Positions 26,189-32,000 of a stretch of 32,000 nt of DNA are shown piece after piece. Below the pieces are notes generated by a model that saw only the letters and a list, made by a program, of their open reading frames with translations, did no database searches and was not told the DNA's origin. Within the stretch, counting starts at the first letter, position 1, and each line of letters opens with the position of its first letter. The stretch is taken from positions 4,380,001-4,412,000 of the forward strand of contig NC_009925.1 of NCBI RefSeq assembly GCF_000018105.1, read 5' to 3'. Position numbers and translations under genes: made by a program. The DNA comes from Acaryochloris marina MBIC11017 (GTDB lineage Bacteria; Cyanobacteriota; Cyanobacteriia; Thermosynechococcales; Thermosynechococcaceae).

Positions 26189-28522
26189 TCAAACCCTGGA
26201 CGGCGTTGAGTTAGGGGCTTGATCGGATTGGAATTGAGCCTGTAAGGGCCTCAGGACAGGACAAGGAGGCTGCTTATCCAGCTTCGTTTGGCGTTGCCAG
26301 TCAAACCAGTTCCAATTGTAGGGGGCTTGTTTGGCTGCAGACATCCACAACAGTCGTTTAGCCCGGGTCATCGCGACATAGAGGAGACGAAATTCTTCTG
26401 CACTTTTGAGATCGCTAGCCCGTTGCCACGCCTCTTCTACATTTGGTAATGGGACTTGGTTATGGACATTAGCTCGGATTTGAGCCCGAGCCACTTCTGC
26501 CAAACTGAAGGGGCCAAGGAATTGGCTAGCTGCAGGAATTCTTAATTCCCCTGGAATAATACGGGCATGTAGAAACGGCAGAAATACAAAATCCCAATCC
26601 AGCCCCTTGGCTTTGTGCATGGTAATGATCGTGAGTTGGCGTGGACGTAAATACTGGGACTCAACATCTTCAACGTCAACGGGATCAAACCGTTCGGCAC
26701 TGATTAGCTCTTGCAAAATGGGTAAGGTCGTTGTCATCGACGGTGCCCCCTGAACTTGTTGAGAGAGTCGTGCTGCTAATTTATCGGCAGTGGCTAGCTC
26801 GGCGGCATTGTATTTCAGGGATAAGGCTAAAAAAGAAATCAGTCGATAGTGAGGTAATTCCCATCGTGATCGCAACAGCTTGCAGCAAAAACTACGGGCT
26901 TCCTGCACCTGCTCCGACTGGGGTGGCTCTAGCGGGCCTGGATAGAGGAAAATTTCAGGTTGACTGGCTAAAGGATGGACCTCTTGGGCTGGGATGAGTT
27001 GCCGATCGACCAAAATTTGCAGGGCTGCTTTGAGGGTTTTGGGAGAATGGGGACGGGCTAAAAACTGCAAAATGGTCAGCATTTCAAAGGGAACTTGCGT
27101 CTGGCGGCTGCCACCTCCCACATCGAGGATGTCAATGCCATGAGCGGCTAGAGTCACCGTTTGATCCGGGTGATTGAGGCGCTCTGCTAGAAAGCTCCCT
27201 TGTTTATTTTCCCGGACTAGGATGGCTGCATTGGCGTCTGGATGATCCGTCAGCAGTTGGCAGACCCGCTGGCCGATGAGATCAGCCGTTTGGTAAACAT
27301 CTTCTGGTGTGTATATCTCTAGTCCTCGTCCTTCATGGGCTGGATTTGCGTTGGCTTGAGGATCGTGCTTGGCTACCGTTTGAATCGTCTGAGGTTGAAA
27401 GGGTTGTTCTTGTCCTGCTAATTGAGACTGATTGATCCAGTCCAGCATAAAATTAGCAGCCTGAATGATGATGGTAGAGCTGCGTCCGGCCTGATTCATG
27501 GTTGCTAATCGCTGTTGAGCTTGGCTCTGTTGGCAAAATTCTCGGAAGAAAATGGGGTCGGCAGGGGTAAAGGTAGAGTTGATGGCTTGGTTGGGATCGC
27601 CAACGCGGACTAGATTGGGTTTTGCTTTGGAGACCTCGTGACTAGCTAATCTGTTCAGTAAACGGAACTGGAGTGGGGTTGAATCCTGGGCTTCGTCTTC
27701 GAAAACGGCAAAGACCTGTTTTTGCCAGACTTGGCGAGCGCTCTGGTTATCGAGCACCTGCAGAGCCGCTAGGATCATATCGTCATAATCAATGAGCTGT
27801 TGAGCTTGGAGTAGTTGTTGGTATCGTTCGTAAAGACCAGCTGCGATCGCAAGTACCGATACCTCATCTTGCACCTGTTCGGCCAAAGCATAGAGCTGCT
27901 GAGGGCTGAGTCCCGAACTTTTGGCTTCGCGAATTGCGATCGCAGCTAATTCCGGCAAACAATCCGATCTCAACACTGACTGCCGACGTAACCGCTCCGT
28001 TTCTTCCCCATCAAAAGCTCCTCGAACCAGGAGCTCTTGGTACATTTGAGGATGATCTGCCACCCATTGTTCAACACAGTGGCGCAAGAGGCGATGGTGC
28101 CGGTTGGGGGTAATCAGGGTGACTTGGTCTAAATGAATCCCCGAAAGTTGGGGATGACGGGAAGCAATATTGAGGGCTAACCCATGTAAGGTTTGCACGG
28201 TAAACCCACCTAAGGGGAGCTGTAGCTCGCGTAAATGTTTTCGGACCTGCTGTTTGAGATGTGTCGCCGCTGAGCGAGTGAACGTGACAATCACCAGCTG
28301 TTGGGCACGATTTAGATTTTGACGCCCTAGGGTGATCGCCGCAGCCACCGCCATACCATAGGATTTCCCTGCACCCGGTACAGCAGAAACAGCTAGCGGA
28401 CCAGCTTGCCAATCTGCTAATTCTTGCTGGCCAGGCCTGAGAGATGCCCGTAATTCAGCTAATTTTCGCTCTAAATTGGTTGCCAAGAGGTTATCAATTG
28501 CGGTGTGAGCGTAGTATATCAA
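26189..28522 (-). CDS. UvrD/Rep/PcrA-family (SF1A) ATP-dependent DNA helicase
   Basis: Walker A AVPGAGKS, motif II FEDEAQDS, motif III VGDPNQAI and motif VI LLYVAMTRAKRLLW. TTG start at 28522, with no nearby in-frame ATG. Confidence 0.85.
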   Translation of the reverse strand: MIYYAHTAIDNLLATNLERKLAELRASLRPGQQELADWQAGPLAVSAVPGAGKSYGMAVAAAITLGRQNLNRAQQLVIVTFTRSAATHLKQQVRKHLRELQLPLGGFTVQTLHGLALNIASRHPQLSGIHLDQVTLITPNRHHRLLRHCVEQWVADHPQMYQELLVRGAFDGEETERLRRQSVLRSDCLPELAAIAIREAKSSGLSPQQLYALAEQVQDEVSVLAIAAGLYERYQQLLQAQQLIDYDDMILAALQVLDNQSARQVWQKQVFAVFEDEAQDSTPLQFRLLNRLASHEVSKAKPNLVRVGDPNQAINSTFTPADPIFFREFCQQSQAQQRLATMNQAGRSSTIIIQAANFMLDWINQSQLAGQEQPFQPQTIQTVAKHDPQANANPAHEGRGLEIYTPEDVYQTADLIGQRVCQLLTDHPDANAAILVRENKQGSFLAERLNHPDQTVTLAAHGIDILDVGGGSRQTQVPFEMLTILQFLARPHSPKTLKAALQILVDRQLIPAQEVHPLASQPEIFLYPGPLEPPQSEQVQEARSFCCKLLRSRWELPHYRLISFLALSLKYNAAELATADKLAARLSQQVQGAPSMTTTLPILQELISAERFDPVDVEDVESQYLRPRQLTIITMHKAKGLDWDFVFLPFLHARIIPGELRIPAASQFLGPFSLAEVARAQIRANVHNQVPLPNVEEAWQRASDLKSAEEFRLLYVAMTRAKRLLWMSAAKQAPYNWNWFDWQRQTKLDKQPPCPVLRPLQAQFQSDQAPNSTPSRV
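27843..27850. repeat. HIP1 octamer GCGATCGC
   Basis: Exact palindromic octamer. Confidence 0.95.
27936..27943. repeat. HIP1 octamer GCGATCGC
   Basis: Exact palindromic octamer. Confidence 0.95.
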
Positions 28523-28597
28523 TCTACTCTGACTCGACCAGCAATAGCCTGGGCAACGGGAGACCTTTTAAGTGGTGGCGACTGTCCGGGGTTCTAG

Positions 28598-29473
28598 TTA
28601 GTTTTTTGCTAATTCCAACAATTGGGGAATGGTGACAAGTTTATACCCCTGCTGTCTGAGACGAGTAATGATATGAGGCAGGGCTTGGATCATCAGCTGG
28701 CGATTATCGCCGCCATCATGCATCAAGACAATCCCTCCAGGGGAGGCATTATTGAGAACATTGTTGATGACCTTATCAACTGTGCCTGTATAGGTATCAT
28801 CCACGGTCCACATCAAAGTGACATGTTTTTGGGAACGAGCGTGGGCTACTAGACCGTTGTGGAGATACCCTCCCGGTGGCCGAAACAGTTTTGTTTTGAA
28901 GCCTGTATATTTTTCAATAATCTCGGCAGTCCGCTGGATCTCTTTTTGGGCCAAAGCGGGGTGATGGTAATAGTATTGATGGTTCCAGCTATGGTTACCA
29001 ATGGCGTGACCTTCCTTTGCGACTCGCTGGAGTAATTTTGGAAATCGGGTAATATTACTACCGACCACGAAAAATGTCGCTTCTACTTGATGCTCTTTGA
29101 GGATGTCTAGCATTTTGGCCGTGGTTTTGGGCCAAGGGCCATCATCAAACGTGAGAGCAATGACTTTTTGATCAGAAGGTAGTTTTACGCCATTAATGGT
29201 TACTCCCTGAAACTTGGTTGGCGGGTGATAATGACGCCGCTGTTTTAGATCAATGTCATCGATTGTCTTTAGAGCAGTACGAAATCCAGAGTCAGTATCC
29301 GTTAGCCAAGGACTCTCTTCTGAGAGACTGACCTCCTCTGGTAATCCCCCAACGGCAATCTGATTCAAATTTGCTTGAATAGCAATCGAGCTAACCCCTA
29401 AGCATAGGCATGCTGCCGCCAACCATGCATACTGTCGATTGACGACACGAACTCTTAAATTTTTCCCAAACAT
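28598..29473 (-). CDS. Secreted polysaccharide deacetylase (NodB homology domain, CE4)
   Basis: Signal-like N-terminus YAWLAAACLCLGVSSIAIQA. NodB motifs TFDDGP and GNHSWNH, plus RPPGG and LMHD. Confidence 0.85.
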   Translation of the reverse strand: MFGKNLRVRVVNRQYAWLAAACLCLGVSSIAIQANLNQIAVGGLPEEVSLSEESPWLTDTDSGFRTALKTIDDIDLKQRRHYHPPTKFQGVTINGVKLPSDQKVIALTFDDGPWPKTTAKMLDILKEHQVEATFFVVGSNITRFPKLLQRVAKEGHAIGNHSWNHQYYYHHPALAQKEIQRTAEIIEKYTGFKTKLFRPPGGYLHNGLVAHARSQKHVTLMWTVDDTYTGTVDKVINNVLNNASPGGIVLMHDGGDNRQLMIQALPHIITRLRQQGYKLVTIPQLLELAKN

Positions 29474-29906
29474 TACTTGATTAACCGCAAACCCTTAGAT
29501 AAAGCCAAACCATTGGTAAATCGTCAGAGAGAACTAGACAGGCAAGACTTGAAAGTTCAATGTGGCTGGCGTTTACCCTCAAATCAATATTTCCCTTATT
29601 GATCTTGTAATTGACTTCTTTATTTTTTTCTTTAATCAAAAAACAATGGACAACCTCATCCCCATCGTAGCGAGCCTAATTTAGCGTTGCCCAGGTCTGA
29701 TTTGATATCTTCACGCTTCCTTAAGAAAAAGGTGTAGAACAGAGGACTACTCAGATGGGCGGCTGCAATCATTAAAGAATGTGACTCTCTTTGTTTAGAC
29801 GGGGAGCGAATACCAGTAGGATGTCTTTCAACCTATAAATATTGATTCTGCAGCTACAACTTCCAGACTATTTATCGGCAAGCCGTCTGATGTCATTTCA
29901 AAACCT

Positions 29907-31058
29907 ATGACCTATTCTTATTCCTCGTCACGCTTTAGCTCCCTGGATGTGTTTCGAGGGATCGCCATTGCTGGCATGCTTTTGGTCAATAAATCAGGTT
30001 TAGTTAAAGACGCTTATCCTCAACTCCAGCATGCAGATTGGCATGGCTGGACCCTTGCAGATTTGGTGTTTCCATTTTTCTTATTTGTTCTGGGGGCGTC
30101 GATGGCCTTTTCCATGGCCCGACATACAGCTTCCTTGACTCAACCCAAACGAAGAGTTTATCTCAAAATCCTTCGTCGTAGTGTGGTTCTATTCGGTTTG
30201 GGGCTGTTTCTCAATGGGTTTTGGTCCTATAACTTGAGTACGCTGCGGGTGATGGGGATTTTACAGCGAATTAGTTTGACCTATTTAGTCTCGGCATTGG
30301 TGATCTTAAAGCTGCCCCGCAAGAGCCAATGGGGAATGACAGGGCTGTTGTTGGTGGGGTATTGGTTGGCCCTCTCGTTTATCCCAGTGCCAGAATTTGG
30401 GGCTGGCAACCTGACTCGTACGGGTAACTTTGGGGCTTATGTGGATCGCCTGATTATTGGTTCGTCCCACTTATATGTGGGGGATCAGTTTAATTCCATG
30501 GGTGATCCAGAAGGCTTGTTTAGTACTTTGCCTGCGATCGCAACCGTGCTACTGGGCTATTTTGCGGGAGACTGGATTCGGAAACGAGGCAGCGGTCTCA
30601 AGATTAAAACCAGCCGTCAAAGTCTGGCTCTGGCCTCCTATGGTTTGATCAGTACTGGCTTAGGATTGTTATGGAGCATTTGGTTCCCCATTAATAAAAA
30701 GCTATGGACGAGTTCCTATGTGCTTTTTACCGTCGGCATTGCGCTGATTCTGCTAGCGGTTTGCTATGAGTTGATCGAAGTCCGACGCATTCGCCTTTGG
30801 AGTAAACCTTTTGAGGTTCTAGGTCTCAATTCCATTGTGGTGTTTATGGCATCGGTGTTGGTGATTAAAGTCTTAGTCCTCACCAAACTGGGGTCTGGAG
30901 AGGATGCTATAAACGCCTTTACGTGGTTATTTCAAAATCTATTCTTAACGTGGACCAGTCCAGATGTTGGGTCTTTCCTCTTTGCGTTTCTCACCCTCTG
31001 CTTCTGGTGGATTGTGGCCTATGTCCTGTACCGACAACAGTGGTTTTTTAAGATCTAA
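29907..31058 (+). CDS. Polytopic membrane acyltransferase, heparan-alpha-glucosaminide N-acetyltransferase-like (DUF5009/DUF1624 type)
   Basis: RFSSLDVFRGIAIAGMLLVN and LADLVFPFFLFVLGASM, followed by about 10 more TM segments. This resembles HGSNAT/NagX-like proteins. Confidence 0.7.
   Translation: MTYSYSSSRFSSLDVFRGIAIAGMLLVNKSGLVKDAYPQLQHADWHGWTLADLVFPFFLFVLGASMAFSMARHTASLTQPKRRVYLKILRRSVVLFGLGLFLNGFWSYNLSTLRVMGILQRISLTYLVSALVILKLPRKSQWGMTGLLLVGYWLALSFIPVPEFGAGNLTRTGNFGAYVDRLIIGSSHLYVGDQFNSMGDPEGLFSTLPAIATVLLGYFAGDWIRKRGSGLKIKTSRQSLALASYGLISTGLGLLWSIWFPINKKLWTSSYVLFTVGIALILLAVCYELIEVRRIRLWSKPFEVLGLNSIVVFMASVLVIKVLVLTKLGSGEDAINAFTWLFQNLFLTWTSPDVGSFLFAFLTLCFWWIVAYVLYRQQWFFKI
30534..30541. 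repeat. HIP1 octamer GCGATCGC
   Basis: Exact palindromic octamer. Confidence 0.95.
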
Positions 31059-31349
31059 ACCAAGAATCCCATGGTCTAAAAATTCAAATCACTTAGAGCT
31101 TTTCCAGCTGCCCCCTTCTCTTGAAAACTAAGGGGTAGCGGCGGAATTGAGCCGTCAAATCCTTAAATTGTTTCCCCTTGTAAAGTCCTTCTAGGCGCAT
31201 TGTCAGATTTGCTCATAGACATGGGTACGCTTTGTCAGAACTCTGACTCGGATCACCGTTAACACTAGACAAACGGTGCATGGTCGGGGCAAGCAGCGTT
31301 CGCTAGCTTGAAAAAGATTTCTATATACTGACAAATTCTTCTGATATTT

Positions 31350-32000
31350 ATGACCGGATTCAATCCATCTCATTCCGTCGACAGTGCGCCTGTCGTGGCT
31401 CCAGAGACATCCAGGCAGGTCACCCTGTTTACGGCGACTTGCTTGGTGATTGCCAACATGATTGGGATTGGGGTTTTCACCAGTCTCGGATTTCAAGTCG
31501 CAGGTATTCAATCGGGATTTTCCTTGCTTTTTCTGTGGCTGGCAGGAGGCGTCTATGCTCTTTGTGGTGCTCTCGCCTATGGAGAACTCGGTGCATCCAT
31601 GCCTCGCTCTGGCGGTGAATACCATTTTCTCTCCCAGATTTACCATCCGGTCATTGGGTTTTTGTCCGGTTGGGTCTCCGTCACCGTCGGATTTGCCGCT
31701 CCCATAGCTCTGATGGCCATAGCCCTGGGTACTTATTTTGCCAAAGTGTTCCCTACGGCAGATCCCACCATCATTGGCTTAGCTGTGGTTCTTCTCGTGA
31801 CCTTGATTCACTCCCAAAACCTCAAACTAGGTAGTTCGTTTCAGCAGATCTTTACCCTGCTCAAAGTTCTGCTGATCGTGTTTCTAGTTTTAGCTGGCTT
31901 TGCGTTGGGTACTGGCCAAGAGATCAATTTCGCACCCACCCATGCGGACATTTCTCAAATTATGAGTGCCCCCTTTGCCATTTCTTTGGTGTATGTCACC
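31350..32000 (+). CDS. APC-superfamily amino acid permease; 3' end cut by window edge (not in the supplied ORF track)
   Basis: I read frame 3 by hand from ATG 31350. It gives 217 codons with no stop up to nt 32000: MTGFNPSHSVDSAPVVAPETSRQVTLFTATCLVIANMIGIGVFTSLGFQVAG...YGELGASMPRSGGEYHFLSQIY...GWVSVTVGFAAPIAL.... The motifs IANMIGIGVF and PRSGGEYHFL are typical of APC permease TM1/TM2. Confidence 0.8.
   Translation, partial: MTGFNPSHSVDSAPVVAPETSRQVTLFTATCLVIANMIGIGVFTSLGFQVAGIQSGFSLLFLWLAGGVYALCGALAYGELGASMPRSGGEYHFLSQIYHPVIGFLSGWVSVTVGFAAPIALMAIALGTYFAKVFPTADPTIIGLAVVLLVTLIHSQNLKLGSSFQQIFTLLKVLLIVFLVLAGFALGTGQEINFAPTHADISQIMSAPFAISLVYVT

Noticed and set aside
26183-26197. tRNA T-loop-like string GGAGTTCAAACCC
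   Set aside because: The flanks cannot form a T-stem (GGAG is followed by CCCT, not CTCC). No acceptor or anticodon arms can be drawn. It overlaps the helicase stop codon region.
25365-28522. Methyltransferase plus SF1 helicase as a possible restriction-modification or defence pair
   Set aside because: The methyltransferase has no (D/N)PPY or PC/ENV DNA-MTase motifs and looks like a small-molecule or protein enzyme. The genes are separated by 140 nt. No nuclease, specificity or ATPase partner is present. The helicase carries ordinary UvrD/Rep motifs and HIP1 sites, like the host genes.
29656-29772. 38-codon minus-strand ORF (MIAAAHLSSPLFYTFFLRKREDIKSDLGNAKLGSLRWG) in the long intergenic region
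   Set aside because: It has no SD, no recognisable family and atypical composition. I cannot support it as a gene.
29890-29910. 6-codon uORF (MSFQNL) whose TGA overlaps the ATG of the acyltransferase (ATGA)
   Set aside because: It has no SD and is very short, so it is easily explained by chance in AT-rich DNA.
31203-31646. 147-aa minus-strand ORF (and the 81-aa plus-strand ORF at 31462-31707)
   Set aside because: Both overlap the open-ended APC permease frame, which has clear transporter motifs. Their translations are basic or low complexity.
1-32000. Whole-window scan for tRNA, rRNA, tmRNA, RNase P, SRP or 6S RNA, CRISPR repeats, IS ends, transposase or integrase
   Set aside because: I found no conserved RNA signatures (for example GGTTCGAATCC-type T-loops, GAGGAAAGTCC). 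I also found no spaced direct repeats and no transposase- or integrase-like ORFs by eye. An Infernal/tRNAscan run would be needed to exclude small RNAs in the 13096-13442, 21505-21840, 29474-29906 and 31059-31349 gaps.

Overview
This window reads as a densely packed core-chromosome segment of a cyanobacterium. The assignment rests on 12 exact HIP1 octamers (GCGATCGC) and on cyanobacteria-typical genes: Gap2-type GAPDH, DUF1830, an MscS/cNMP fusion channel, type-2 IPP isomerase and thylakoid-type FtsH. I support 31 protein-coding genes, almost all housekeeping: larB (5' truncated), a GNAT acetyltransferase, queF, an HtrA protease, a GT39/PMT glycosyltransferase, rodZ, a pseudouridine synthase, purN, a long coiled-coil protein, a 77-aa ORF, trpC, lpdA, an M50-TPR protein, a STAS protein, ftsH, cbiX, cobA, pyrF, radC, gap2, a B12-type radical SAM enzyme, DUF1830, an MscS-cNMP channel, IDI-2, a methyltransferase, a UvrD-like helicase, a NodB deacetylase and an HGSNAT-like acyltransferase. 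The last gene is a 3'-truncated APC permease at 31350-32000 that is absent from the supplied ORF track. I found no rRNA, tRNA, CRISPR array, transposase, integrase, phage gene or recognisable defence gene. I do not see a convincing novel multi-gene system, and the window looks ordinary rather than accessory. The best leads are: (1) an M50 site-2-protease homologue with both zinc-ligand motifs substituted (HEMSR, PLNGG), fused to TPR repeats and sitting behind a STAS gene and next to ftsH; (2) a 336-nt AT-rich divergent intergenic region with three copies of GATCCCAA and a perfect NtcA-type box upstream of DUF1830; (3) a 429-aa continuous coiled-coil protein; (4) an orphan B12-type radical SAM enzyme; (5) a divergent deacetylase/transmembrane acetyltransferase pair. 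Many start codons are ambiguous (TTG/GTG versus a downstream ATG) and are flagged per feature.
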